Positions 51,356 to 64,000 of a stretch of 64,000 nt of DNA are shown piece after piece. Within the stretch, counting starts at the first letter, position 1; each line of letters opens with the position of its first letter. The DNA comes from an uncultured Acetobacteraceae bacterium (lineage in GTDB: Bacteria; Pseudomonadota; Alphaproteobacteria; Acetobacterales; Acetobacteraceae): positions 8,171-72,170 of the forward strand of contig CAXSFE010000002.1 of the NCBI GenBank assembly GCA_964236585.1, read 5' to 3'. Under the pieces are notes generated by a model. It was not told where the DNA came from and made no database searches. It saw only the letters and a program-made list of their open reading frames with translations. The position numbers were made by a program, and so were the translations under genes.

Positions 51356-52414
51356 ATGGCGGAGGCCGAGCGCGAGGACCGCACGGAAGCCGCCAGCCAG
51401 AAACGGCTCGACCAGGCCCGCGAGGAGGGACGGGTCGCGATCTCGCGCGAGGTGCCTCACCTGGTCGGGCTGGGTGCGGCCACGCTGATGCTGATGATGC
51501 TCGGCCCCCAGCTCGGCCGGCGCGTGATGGCGCTGCGGTTCCTGCCGGCCGGGCTCGACGGCTTCGATGCGCAGCAGGCCGGCGACCTGCTGCGCCAGGC
51601 GATGCTGTCGGGCCTGATGATCTGCGGGCCGCTGGTCGCGGCGGTGCTGGTCGCGGGTGTGTCGGCGACGCTGCTGCAGACCGGGGGGGTGCTGAACACC
51701 AAGGCGCTGATGCCCGACCTCGCGCGGCTGGACCCGCGGCGCGGGCTGAAGCGGATCGCGGGCAGGGACAGCCTGGTGCAGGCGGCACGCTCGGTGGCCA
51801 AGCTGGTGATCCTGGGCGTGATCTGCTGGCACGCGATCAGGGGCGAGCTGCCGGCGCTGGGGCACGCGCCGTTCTGGCAGCCGGCGCTGCTGGCCGACCG
51901 TCTACTGCGCGCGGTGCTGCACATCCTGGTCATGCTGCTGGCGGCGCAGGCGGGGATCGTGGCGCTCGACGTGCTGTGGGTGCGCCACGTGCACAACAGG
52001 TCGTTGCGGATGAGCAAGCAGGAGCAGCGCGACGAGTTCAAGGAGTCCGAGGGCGATCCGCACGTCAAGGGACGCCGGCGCCAGCTGCAGCGCGCGCGGG
52101 CCAGGCAGCGCATGATGGCCGCGATCCCGAAGGCGACGGTGGTGGTGACCAACCCCACGCACTACGCTGTGGCGCTTGCCTACGAGCGTGGCGGCAGGGG
52201 AGCGCCGAGGGTGGTCGCCAAGGGCGTGGATGAGGTGGCCGCGCGCATCCGCGAGGCGGCGCGCGAGCACAGGGTCCCGCTGGTGGCCAGCCCGCCGCTG
52301 GCGCGCGCCCTGTATCGCGTGGAGCTGGAGGCCGAGATCCCCGCCGAGCATTTCCAGGCGGTCGCCGAGATCGTCGCCTACGTGTGGCGACTCGGCCGGC
52401 GCGCCGCGGCGTGA
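51356..52414 (+). CDS. flhB: flagellar export switch protein FlhB
   Basis: ATG at 51356, 2 nt after the fliR stop. [33 protein letters not shown]. The autocleavage region [12 protein letters not shown] is present. Confidence 0.9.
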   Translation: MAEAEREDRTEAASQKRLDQAREEGRVAISREVPHLVGLGAATLMLMMLGPQLGRRVMALRFLPAGLDGFDAQQAGDLLRQAMLSGLMICGPLVAAVLVAGVSATLLQTGGVLNTKALMPDLARLDPRRGLKRIAGRDSLVQAARSVAKLVILGVICWHAIRGELPALGHAPFWQPALLADRLLRAVLHILVMLLAAQAGIVALDVLWVRHVHNRSLRMSKQEQRDEFKESEGDPHVKGRRRQLQRARARQRMMAAIPKATVVVTNPTHYAVALAYERGGRGAPRVVAKGVDEVAARIREAAREHRVPLVASPPLARALYRVELEAEIPAEHFQAVAEIVAYVWRLGRRAAA

Positions 52415-53988
52415 GCGTGGAGGGTCCGGGGCCCCGGGACGGCGCGCCCGGACTGGCCGCCCTGCTGGAGGGCCTGGACACCGGTGCGGCCGTGCTGTTT
52501 GCCGGGTCGCCGGTGGCGCAGGTCGTGGTCGATCGCGCGGGGCGGCTGATCCGTGCCAATCCCGCGCTGAGCCGCCTCGTCGGCGTGAGCGGCCGGCTCG
52601 ACGACACCCTGCACGTGTCGGCACTGTTCATGCCCGCGGCATGGGCCGGGATCCAGGCCGCCCTGCACGCGGTGCTCGCCGGCGCGGGTCGTGCCGGGAT
52701 CGGGCGCGCCGTTCCGCTGGCGCCGGCCGGTACGGTCGTGGTCGATCTTTTCGCCTGCGCGATCCGCGAGGCGGACGGCGGCGTCGGCGGGGTGCTGCTT
52801 CACCTGTGCGACGCCAGCGGACGCGTCGGACTCGAGGCACAGCTCGCGCAGGCGTCGGCGCTGCGCGATGTCGGGCAGCGCGCCGGCGGGGTCGCCCACG
52901 ACGTCAACAACCTGCTCGCGGTGGTCGCCGCGACGGTGGCGGAGGCGCTCGCTCGACCCGGGCTGGACGGAGCGTCGCGCGACGCGTTCGCGGAGGTCGG
53001 GGATGCGGCGCGGCGCGGCGCGGCGCTGGTGCGGCAGCTGCTCGGGGGTGGATCGCCTCGAGCCGCTGCGGTGGTGGCCGGCGTCGATCCGGCGCTGCGT
53101 GCGCTGGAGGCACCGCTGCGGCGAGTGCTTGGCGGCATCCCGCTGGTCCGGGGCCCGGGCATGACGGACGCCGCGGTGGCGATCGATCCGGAGGACCTCG
53201 ACCGGGTGCTGACGAACCTCGCGCTCAACGCACGCAACGCCATGCCGTCCGGCGGCACCCTGACCGTGGGCAGCGGCGAGCGTGAGGTGACGGAGGCGGT
53301 GTCGCAGTTCGGCGATGCCGTGGTGCCGGGCCGCTATGTCGTCGTCGCGGTGCGCGACACCGGCACCGGGATGTCGCCCGATGTCATGGCACGGCTGTTC
53401 GAGCCGTTCTTCACCACGCGCGCCGGGCAGGGCGGGACGGGTCTTGGTCTGGCCAGCGTGCGCCAGCTGGTACGACAGGCAGGCGGCTTCATCGAGGTGG
53501 ACAGCGAGCCCGGCAGCGGGACGACGGTGCGCGTGCACCTGCCGTGGTGCGAGGCGGTGCCGGCCGGCCGGCCGGGAATGGCCGGGGGTGGCGGTGCTGC
53601 CGGTGCCGCGCCGTCCGGCAGGGGCATGGTGCTGCTGGTGGACGACGAGGCAGGGCTGCTGCGCCTGGGCGAGCGTGCGCTGTCGCGGGCCGGCTGGCAC
53701 GTGGTCACGGCATCCTGCGTGGCGGACGCGCTGGCCGCCCTGGAGGATGGTGGCCTCGTGCCGCGTGTGATCGTGACCGACCTGGTGCTTCCCGATGGCG
53801 ACGGGCTCGCGCTGGTGGACGTGGCGCGCCGTCGATGTCCGGGCCTGCCGGCAGTCCTGACTTCCGGGTATGCCGATGACGCGCTCCGGGACAGGGCGGC
53901 CTCGGCCGGCGTGACGTTCCTGGCAAAGCCGTGCGGCATGGCCGTGCTGCTGGACCAGGTGGCCAGATCCGCGCAACCGCCAGGCTGA
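52411..53988 (+). CDS. hybrid sensor histidine kinase / response regulator (PAS-HisKA-HATPase-REC)
   Basis: Track ORF 52384..53988. An in-frame GTG at 52411 overlaps the flhB stop as GTGA. Carries H-box [15 protein letters not shown] and GGTGLGLA, then a receiver domain with [16 protein letters not shown] and FLAKP. Confidence 0.8.
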   Translation: MSVEGPGPRDGAPGLAALLEGLDTGAAVLFAGSPVAQVVVDRAGRLIRANPALSRLVGVSGRLDDTLHVSALFMPAAWAGIQAALHAVLAGAGRAGIGRAVPLAPAGTVVVDLFACAIREADGGVGGVLLHLCDASGRVGLEAQLAQASALRDVGQRAGGVAHDVNNLLAVVAATVAEALARPGLDGASRDAFAEVGDAARRGAALVRQLLGGGSPRAAAVVAGVDPALRALEAPLRRVLGGIPLVRGPGMTDAAVAIDPEDLDRVLTNLALNARNAMPSGGTLTVGSGEREVTEAVSQFGDAVVPGRYVVVAVRDTGTGMSPDVMARLFEPFFTTRAGQGGTGLGLASVRQLVRQAGGFIEVDSEPGSGTTVRVHLPWCEAVPAGRPGMAGGGGAAGAAPSGRGMVLLVDDEAGLLRLGERALSRAGWHVVTASCVADALAALEDGGLVPRVIVTDLVLPDGDGLALVDVARRRCPGLPAVLTSGYADDALRDRAASAGVTFLAKPCGMAVLLDQVARSAQPPG

Positions 53989-54041
53989 CCCTGGTTGTCG
54001 TGGCCTGGCGTGGCACCGTCCGGGAAAGGTTGGATCGCCCC

Positions 54042-54070
54042 TTGAACAAAACAGGAACAGGTGCCTAATT
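54042..54070 (+). promoter_or_regulatory. recA promoter with overlapping alphaproteobacterial SOS (LexA) box
   Basis: TTGAAC (54042-54047), a 17-nt spacer, then CTAATT (54065-54070). GAAC-AAAACAG-GAAC at 54044-54058 matches the GAAC-N7-GAAC / GTTC-N7-GTTC LexA operator. Confidence 0.7.
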
Positions 54071-54199
54071 CCCTGGCATGGACACATTTGCTGCGGCACT
54101 GCCACCTGTGACACAGTCCCGCCTGTGACACGCAAACCCAGAAGTATGCCGCCGGGACCACTCGGTGAGGTTGTGGACGCCCCAGGGGAAGGACGCGGC

Positions 54200-55229
<1,030 letters not shown>

Positions 55230-55243
<14 letters not shown>

Positions 55244-55712
55244 CGCACCCGACCTGCTCGATGCGTTGGCCGGAGTGGCCGGGGCCGGTGACATCGACAC
55301 GGCCGGCCTGTCCTGCGCGGACGTGGAGCTGATCGAGACGGCGCGTCTGGTGCTGGTTCGGCATTACCGCCCGTTCTGGCACATGGTGTCGGCGGCACTG
55401 CGCGGGCGGGACGGGCGGATCTGGACCGGGCTGCACCTCGGTGCGACGGTGGGGCGCATGCAGGTCTGCGCCGAGGTCACCGCGCTTGGGCGGGCGATCC
55501 TGGAGGGCGACGGCACGGTCGAGTGCGCCGTGGCGCTGCGCCATCCCAAGCCGGAGGAGGCGATGGGGCGCATCGCCGTGGTGCCGCCCTGCGGCGCCTG
55601 CCGCGAACTGCTGACTGACTATGATCCGGGCGCGTCGGTGATCGTGCCAGGCGTGGGCGGGCTGCGCAGGGTCGCGATCGGGGTGCTGCTGCCCTTGCCC
55701 TACCAGCGCTGA
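55230..55712 (+). CDS. cytidine/blasticidin-S deaminase-fold zinc protein
   Basis: The GTG start lies 14 nt inside recA and is preceded by GAGGAGGAG. Zinc motifs C-A-E (MQVCAEVTA) and P-C-G-A-C ([11 protein letters not shown]) are present. Confidence 0.65.
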
Positions 55713-55825
55713 GCAAGGCTGCCCGCCGCCTCGCATTGTCGCGCGATGCCGGCCTGCCGATGGCCGGTGCAGGCCGGGCCTCAGGCTTCCATGGAACGAA
55801 ACAGGCACAAGGACGTTACCCAGGC

Positions 55826-56107
55826 ATGACGAAGAACAGCAAGACCGACGCGGACGAGCAGGCAGTGCCGTCCTCCGCGACCGAGAATCCCAAGACCGCG
55901 CCGCAGGATGGGCCTCCGTCCAACACGATCAAGGACCCGGACCAGTGGACCACCGGGGACGAGACCATGACCGGTGCACAGGCCTCCTACCTCAAGACGC
56001 TGTGCGAGGAAGCCGGCGAGGAGTTCGACCCCTCGCTGAGCAAGGCGCAGGCCTCCAAGCGCATCGACGCGCTTCAGGGCAGCACCGGGCGCGGCAAAAG
56101 CCACTGA
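55826..56107 (+). CDS. DUF3072-family protein
   Basis: Starts at ATG 55826. DPDQWTTGDETMTGAQASYLKTLCEEAGEEFDPSLSKAQASKRIDALQ is the family signature as I recall it. Confidence 0.75.
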   Translation: MTKNSKTDADEQAVPSSATENPKTAPQDGPPSNTIKDPDQWTTGDETMTGAQASYLKTLCEEAGEEFDPSLSKAQASKRIDALQGSTGRGKSH

Positions 56108-56265
56108 GGTCCGCCATCTGGCGGGGGTGTCCGACAGCCACGCTTGTTCCCGCGGCTGGCGTGTCGCTGGCTGCCTTGCCGGCGTGATTGCTGCGTTGCA
56201 CTGTCGTCCGGCCGGTTTGCGTGGCACCCACCAGGGGTGCCGCGTCCCGGTCAGGAGGCGATGCG

Positions 56266-57489
56266 ATGGCGAAGATCACGGTGAAGACCCCGGTCGTCGA
56301 ACTCGACGGCGACGAGATGACCCGCATCATCTGGGCTGCCATCCGTGACCGGCTGATCCTGCCCTACCTCGACGTCGACCTGAAGTACTACGACCTCGGC
56401 ATCGAGCATCGCGACGCGACGGGTGATCGTGTCACGGTCGAGTCCGCGCATGCCATCCGCCAGTACGGCGTGGGCGTGAAGTGCGCGACCATCACGCCGG
56501 ACGAGGCGAGGGTGCGCGAGTTCAGCCTCAAGGCGATGTGGCGCAGCCCGAACGGCACCATCCGCAACATTCTCGACGGCACCATCTTCCGCGAGCCGAT
56601 CATCTGCCACAACGTGCCGCGCCTGGTGCCGCACTGGAGCCAGCCGATCGTGATCGGCCGCCATGCCTACGGCGACATCTACCGCGCCACCGAGATGCGC
56701 GTGCCCGGGCCCGGCCGCGTGAGCATGGTGTACCAGCCCGCGGACGAGAACGAGCGGGCGCAGATCCTGTCGGTGCACGAGTTCCAGGGGCCGGGCGTGG
56801 CGATGGGGATGCACAACACCCGCGCCTCCATCGAGGGGTTCGCGCGTGCCAGCTTCAACTACGGGCTGACGCGCAACTTCCCCGTCTATCTCTCGACCAA
56901 GAACACGATCCTCAAGGCCTACGACGGGCTGTTCAAGGACATCTTCCAGGACGTGTTCGATGCGGAGTTCCGCGACGTGTTCGCGGCGCACGGCCTGACC
57001 TACGAGCACCGGCTGATCGACGACATGGTGGCCAGCGCGCTGAAGTGGTCGGGCGGCTACGTGTGGGCGTGCAAGAACTACGACGGCGACGTGCAGAGCG
57101 ACATCGTGGCGCAGGGGTTCGGGAGTCTCGGCCTGATGACCAGCGTGCTGCTCAGTCCGGACGGTCAGACGGTAGAGAGCGAGGCGGCCCACGGCACGGT
57201 CACGCGGCATTTCCGCGAGCACCAGCGCGGGCGTGAGACCAGCACCAACCCGATCGCCTCGATCTTCGCCTGGACCCGGGGGCTGGCGTATCGCGGGCGC
57301 TTCGATGCCACGCCGGACGTCACCGCGTTTGCTGACGCGCTGGAGCGGGTGTGCATCGAGACGGTGGAGTCGGGCGCGATGACCAAGGATCTCGCCGTGC
57401 TGGTCGGGCCGGAGCAGCCGTGGATGAACACGCAGGCGTTCCTGGACCGAATCGACCAGCGCCTGCACGGGGAGATGGCGCGTGACTGA
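56266..57489 (+). CDS. icd: NADP-dependent isocitrate dehydrogenase (dimeric eukaryote-like type)
   Basis: Starts at ATG 56266, preceded by [29 protein letters not shown]...[14 protein letters not shown]...[17 protein letters not shown]. Confidence 0.95.
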   Translation: MAKITVKTPVVELDGDEMTRIIWAAIRDRLILPYLDVDLKYYDLGIEHRDATGDRVTVESAHAIRQYGVGVKCATITPDEARVREFSLKAMWRSPNGTIRNILDGTIFREPIICHNVPRLVPHWSQPIVIGRHAYGDIYRATEMRVPGPGRVSMVYQPADENERAQILSVHEFQGPGVAMGMHNTRASIEGFARASFNYGLTRNFPVYLSTKNTILKAYDGLFKDIFQDVFDAEFRDVFAAHGLTYEHRLIDDMVASALKWSGGYVWACKNYDGDVQSDIVAQGFGSLGLMTSVLLSPDGQTVESEAAHGTVTRHFREHQRGRETSTNPIASIFAWTRGLAYRGRFDATPDVTAFADALERVCIETVESGAMTKDLAVLVGPEQPWMNTQAFLDRIDQRLHGEMARD

Positions 57490-58372
57490 CCCGGTTGCGG
57501 ACGAGCCCGTCGAGAGCGGGGCGGAGGGACTCGCGCGGTTCCCGCTGGCGCGGCGCGGCTTCATGATGAGCGGGCTGATCTCGGGGCTGACGCTGGCCAC
57601 GACCACGGTGGAGGCGCAGGCGATCCACACCGGCGCGGACGGACTGGTCGCGGGCGAGGTTCAGGTGCCGGTGGCGGACGGCACGCTTCCCGGCTACCGC
57701 GCAAGGCCGGACGGGCAGGGTCCGTTCCCGGTGGTGCTGGTGATCGAGGAGATCTTCGGGGTCCACGAGTACATCAAGGACGTGTGCCGACGGCTGGCGC
57801 GGCTCGGCTACTGTGCGGTGGCGCCGGAGCTGTATGCCCGCATTGCCGACCTGTCGACGATGACGGACGCGCAGCAGATCGTGCGCGACGTGATCAGCAA
57901 GGCGCCGGACGCGGTCGTGCTGTCGGACCTCGACGCGACGGCGGCCTGGGCGACAGGGGCCGCCGAGCGGGGGGATGCGGGGCGGCTCGGCGTGATGGGG
58001 TTCTGCCGGGGCGGGCGCGACACCTGGCTGTATGCCGAGCACAATCCCCGGCTGCGCGCGGCTGTGGCATGGTACGGGCCGGTCGACACGCCCGACACGC
58101 CGATCCAGCCGCACAGCCCGCTGGACCTGGCGGGCACGCTGCACTGTCCCCTGCTCGGGCTGTACGGCGGGCAGGACACCAGCATCGAGGCGTCCGATGT
58201 CGCGACTGCCGCGAGCCGGGCGCGGGCGGCGGGCGGCACGGTGGAGATCGTGATCTTCCCCGACGCGCCGCACGGGTTCCACGCGGACTACCGGCCGAGC
58301 TACCGCAAGGTCGATGCGGAGGCGGGGTGGGAGCGGGCGATCGGATGGCTGCGCGGGCACGGGGTGAGGTGA
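57482..58372 (+). CDS. Tat-exported dienelactone hydrolase family protein
   Basis: Twin-arginine signal [14 protein letters not shown]. Nucleophile elbow GFCRGG. DAPHGF near the C-terminus. It overlaps the icd stop by 8 nt. Confidence 0.85.
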   Translation: MTDPVADEPVESGAEGLARFPLARRGFMMSGLISGLTLATTTVEAQAIHTGADGLVAGEVQVPVADGTLPGYRARPDGQGPFPVVLVIEEIFGVHEYIKDVCRRLARLGYCAVAPELYARIADLSTMTDAQQIVRDVISKAPDAVVLSDLDATAAWATGAAERGDAGRLGVMGFCRGGRDTWLYAEHNPRLRAAVAWYGPVDTPDTPIQPHSPLDLAGTLHCPLLGLYGGQDTSIEASDVATAASRARAAGGTVEIVIFPDAPHGFHADYRPSYRKVDAEAGWERAIGWLRGHGVR

Positions 58373-58375
58373 AGG

Positions 58376-58495
58376 AAGGCCAGGGCTCTGCCCTGGACCC
58401 GCAAAGGGCCGGAGGCCCTTTGATCCCTTGACTTAGGTGAGGCCGGTCCAGGGGCGGCTCGCCCCTGGCGGGTCCGGGCAGAGCCCGGCCTTGCT
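58376..58495. repeat. mosaic palindromic element (R13)
   Basis: AAGGCCAGGGCTCTGCCCTGG + CAAAGGGCCGGAGGCCCTTTG, a GACTTAGG centre, then CCAGGGGCGGCTCGCCCCTGG + CCGGGCAGAGCCCGG-CCTTGC. It fills essentially the whole 125-nt gap between the convergent stops. Confidence 0.95.
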
Positions 58496-58497
58496 TG

Positions 58498-59472
58498 CTA
58501 CTCCTGCCCTTCCGCAAGGCGGGCAGCCCCCGCATTGCTCCGGACGAACATCTGTGCGGTGGCGTGCGAGACGAACACCTGCCGGTCGTGCAGGAAGCCC
58601 ATGCCGAGGATTAGGTCGACCCCGGGGACCGACCCGTCGGACACCGCAAGCAGCGGGGCGTGGATCGTCTCGCTGCCGACGTGCAGCGTCGCGAAGCGGT
58701 GCAGGCGGTTGGTGACCGTGCGCTCGCCGATGCCGCTGCCGGTGACGACGCGGTCGTGCGCCAGCAGCTCGGGCGTCAGGCCCATCGCATCCGCGCCGCG
58801 GTCGACCAGCAGGTCGGTTCCGGCGCCGCTGTCGAGCATGGCGGTGAGGCGGTGCCCGTCCAGCTCGACGGGAAAGACCAGGTTGTTGTGCTCGGACAGG
58901 TGGATCGGGGTCGGGGCGCTGGCGCCCCACGGCGGGGACACCGCGTCGCAGCCGTGCGCCGTGTAGAAGCTGATCTCGCGGTGGCCGATGTCGAAGCCGA
59001 CATCGTAGCGCGACAGCAGGTCTTCGCCCGCCAGGCCGGACACCGCCATGTCGCCGCGGCCGAGAGAGCCGAGGGAAGCGGCGTAGGCGTCGATCTTGCG
59101 GTAGGTGACGCCGGCGAACAGCAGGGAGTCCAGCCCGACCACCTGGGAGTAGGCGTTGCCGCCCAGCCCGCTCATCCGGCTCGCGCTCATGCCGGGATCG
59201 GGCCGCAGGTCGAGGGCGGCGACCAGCTCCGGGGTGACGGTCGTGTGCTCGGCGCCGCTGTCGACGCCGAGGCCGACCACCTCGCCGTTGACTCGGGCCG
59301 GCACGACGGCGGTGGCGTTGCGCATCACGACCGGCAGGGTGGAGTGCCACTGCACCATGCAGGCGCCGCCGCCGGGCGCCGCCTGGCACGCGGCCAGCAG
59401 GAGGAGGGGCGCGAACCAGACGCGCGTCGTGACACGGGACAGGGTGTCCCGGCGGGTCGTCGATGGCCGCAT
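58498..59472 (-). CDS. two-domain retropepsin-like aspartyl protease lipoprotein
   Basis: Lipobox LLLLAAC. Two D-S-G-A motifs are present (GLGVDSGAEHTTV and AMLDSGAGTDLLV), each followed by a similar beta-rich module. Confidence 0.6.
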   Translation of the reverse strand: MRPSTTRRDTLSRVTTRVWFAPLLLLAACQAAPGGGACMVQWHSTLPVVMRNATAVVPARVNGEVVGLGVDSGAEHTTVTPELVAALDLRPDPGMSASRMSGLGGNAYSQVVGLDSLLFAGVTYRKIDAYAASLGSLGRGDMAVSGLAGEDLLSRYDVGFDIGHREISFYTAHGCDAVSPPWGASAPTPIHLSEHNNLVFPVELDGHRLTAMLDSGAGTDLLVDRGADAMGLTPELLAHDRVVTGSGIGERTVTNRLHRFATLHVGSETIHAPLLAVSDGSVPGVDLILGMGFLHDRQVFVSHATAQMFVRSNAGAARLAEGQE

Positions 59473-59491
59473 GAGCTGCTCCAGGTCAGGG

Positions 59492-62167
<2,676 letters not shown>

Positions 62168-62234
62168 GGGGCTCGGGCTTGTCCTGGATGGTGCTGTTTC
62201 CAGTAGCGCACGCGTCTGCGGGGCGGAAGGGAGG

Positions 62235-62351
62235 AAGGCCAGGGCTCTGCCCCTGGACCCCGCCAAAGGCTCGCCTTTGGAATCCTATACTTAAGTCAGG
62301 GGATCAAAGGGCCTCGGGCCCTTTGCGGGTCTGGGCAGAGCCCAGCCTTGC
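62235..62351. repeat. mosaic palindromic element (R14)
   Basis: AAGGCCAGGGCTCTGCCCCTGG + CCAAAGGCTCGCCTTTGG, a CTTAAG centre, then CAAAGGGCCTCGGGCCCTTTG + CTGGGCAGAGCCCAG-CCTTGC. It lies between the divergent alaS and deoxyribosyltransferase starts. Confidence 0.95.
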
Positions 62352-62393
62352 TTGCCTCTCGACCGGAGCATCCCCCCCACGCACAATGCCGCG

Positions 62394-62945
62394 GTGAGCA
62401 AGCGTGTGTATCTGGCCGGGCCGGACGTGTTCCTGGCCGACGCCGCGGACAGGGGCGAGCGGCTGAAACGGATCTGCGCCCGTCACGGCTTGGCCGGCGT
62501 GTTCCCGCTCGACCCGCTGGAGGGCGAGCCGCCGGGGTGGGCCTTGCTGCCGCCGGCGCGCGCGATCGCGTTGCGCAACGAGGCGCATATCCGCGGGTGC
62601 GACGCGCTGGTCGCGAACCTGACGCCGTTCCGGGGGCCTGGGGCGGATGGCGGGACGGCCTACGAGCTGGGTTTTGCCCGCGCGCTGGGGCGGCCGGTGT
62701 TCGGATGGAGCAACGCGGCGGGCAGCTATCTGGAGCGGTGCGCGCGCTGGCCGGGGGCGGTGCGGGTGGGTGCTGCGTGGCGGGACCCGGACGGGCTCGA
62801 GATCGAGGCATTCGAGTTGCCGGACAACCTGATGCTGGCGTGCGCGGTAGCAGAGGTGGTGGCCGGCGCGCCAGGGGCGGGGTGGGGGGACCTCGCGGCC
62901 TGCGAGCGGTGCGTGGCGCTGGCGGCGGGGGTTCTGGGGAAGTAG
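62394..62945 (+). CDS. nucleoside 2-deoxyribosyltransferase-family protein
   Basis: GTG at 62394 (VSKRVYLAGPDVF...). The upstream TTG of the track ORF lies inside the repeat. Carries DGGTAYELGFA. Confidence 0.7.
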   Translation: MSKRVYLAGPDVFLADAADRGERLKRICARHGLAGVFPLDPLEGEPPGWALLPPARAIALRNEAHIRGCDALVANLTPFRGPGADGGTAYELGFARALGRPVFGWSNAAGSYLERCARWPGAVRVGAAWRDPDGLEIEAFELPDNLMLACAVAEVVAGAPGAGWGDLAACERCVALAAGVLGK

Positions 62946-63061
62946 GGCCAGGGCTCTGCCCTGGAGCTGCCAAAGGGCGAGCCCTTTGGAAACCACACCT
63001 TAAGTAAGGCCGGTCCAGGGGCGGCTCGCCCCTGGCGGGTCTGGGCAGAGCCCAGCCTTGC
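62946..63061. repeat. mosaic palindromic element (R15)
   Basis: It starts directly after the stop codon. GGCCAGGGCTCTGCCCTGG + CCAAAGGGCGAGCCCTTTGG, a CTTAAG centre, then CCAGGGGCGGCTCGCCCCTGG + CTGGGCAGAGCCCAG-CCTTGC. Confidence 0.95.
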
Positions 63062-63074
63062 TTCGCTTGCGGGC

Positions 63075-64000
63075 CTACAGGCCACCAGCGAGCGGCCCGA
63101 GCGCGGCCTGGACGCCGAACTCTCCCGGCAGCGCACCACGCGGGAACAGCCGCGTCACGTGCCCCATCTTGCGGCCCGGGCGTGCGTCCGACTTGCCGTA
63201 GAGGTGCCCGATCAGGCTTGGCGCCGCCATCACCGCGGGCCACAGCGCGGTCTCGTCGGGGCCTACGAGGTTCTTCATCACGGCGTCGGAGTGGCGGGTG
63301 GCCTGAGGCAGCGGCAGGCCGGCGACGGCGCGCACATGCAGCTCGAACTGGCTGGCCGGGCAGGCGTCCAGCGTCCAGTGGCCGGAGTTGTGGGGACGCG
63401 GCGCGATCTCGTTGACGAGAACTTCCCCGTCGGCCGCGACGAACATCTCCACCGCGAGCAGGCCGACCAGGCCGAGCGCCTCGGCGATCCGTCGGGCCGT
63501 GTCCTGCGCGAGGCCGGCCGTGGCGTCGGTGACGCGGGCGGGGGCGAGGGTCAGGTCGAGGATGCCGTCGCGGTGGCGGTTCTCGACGGTGTCGAAGGCG
63601 GAGACCGCGCCGTCCGCGCCGCGCGCCACCACGACGCTGACCTCGCAGGCGAAGTCGACGAAGCCCTCGAGGACCAGGGGATGCGGCGAGAGGTCGTGCC
63701 AGGCGGCGTCGAGGTCGGCCGGGGCACGCAGCAGGGCCTGGCCCTTGCCGTCGTAGCCAAGGCGGGTGGTCTTGAGGATCGCGGGCAGGCCCAGTTCAGC
63801 GACTGCCCGGCCGAGGCCATCGCGGTCGTGGACGGCGCGCCAGGGGGCGGTCGCGATGCCGGTCTCGTTGAGGAAGGTCTTCTCGGCGATGCGGTCCTGG
63901 CTGAGGCGGAGCACGGCGGGCGAGGGGTGGACGGGGCGCAGCGAGGCGAGCAGGTCGAGGCCCTCGGCGCTGACGTTCTCGAACTCGAAGGTGACGACGT
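63075..64000 (-). CDS. purK: N5-carboxyaminoimidazole ribonucleotide synthase (5' end outside window)
   Basis: An ATP-grasp protein with LPAILKTTRLGYDGKGQ and NEIAPRPHNSGHWT. The frame stays open to the window edge, reading ...VVTFEFENVSAEGLDLL upstream of the track ORF start. Confidence 0.9.
   Translation of the reverse strand, partial: VVTFEFENVSAEGLDLLASLRPVHPSPAVLRLSQDRIAEKTFLNETGIATAPWRAVHDRDGLGRAVAELGLPAILKTTRLGYDGKGQALLRAPADLDAAWHDLSPHPLVLEGFVDFACEVSVVVARGADGAVSAFDTVENRHRDGILDLTLAPARVTDATAGLAQDTARRIAEALGLVGLLAVEMFVAADGEVLVNEIAPRPHNSGHWTLDACPASQFELHVRAVAGLPLPQATRHSDAVMKNLVGPDETALWPAVMAAPSLIGHLYGKSDARPGRKMGHVTRLFPRGALPGEFGVQAALGPLAGGL

Overview
Very G+C-rich bacterial chromosomal window. 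Gene content and synteny point to an alphaproteobacterium: a UPF0262/DUF983 pair, hisZ-purA, fliX divergent from flgI, a GAAC-N7-GAAC SOS box at recA, and a Cys-poor DksA. The genus cannot be determined from sequence alone. I call 64 protein-coding genes and find no rRNA, tRNA, CRISPR array or transposase. Layout: 0-22 kb holds envelope, hydrolase and regulator genes (S9 peptidase, OYE reductase, DedA + ATP-grasp pair, beta-lactamase-fold protein + AsmA, TetR-M20 peptidase, NodT-type outer-membrane factor, OmpA-like protein). 22-34 kb is housekeeping (serC, hisZ, purA, mtnA, panC) plus a pseudokinase/membrane-protein pair. 34.1-52.4 kb is a flagellar rod, ring and export-gate cluster: flgI, fliX, dksA, flgFGAH, fliL, motE, fliOP, flgBC-fliE-fliQR-flhB. 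It has two consensus sigma-54 promoters that share an upstream inverted repeat, and it is interrupted by a lower-G+C speH-speE islet. 52.4-64 kb holds a hybrid histidine kinase, recA, icd, alaS and a partial purK. The most unusual signal is non-genic: a mosaic, two-armed palindromic element of about 120 bp, built from interchangeable hairpin modules, fills 15 intergenic regions and often spans stop codon to stop codon. All product calls rest on motifs I recognised by eye in the translated ORFs. No database search was possible, so family names are recognitions, not hits.
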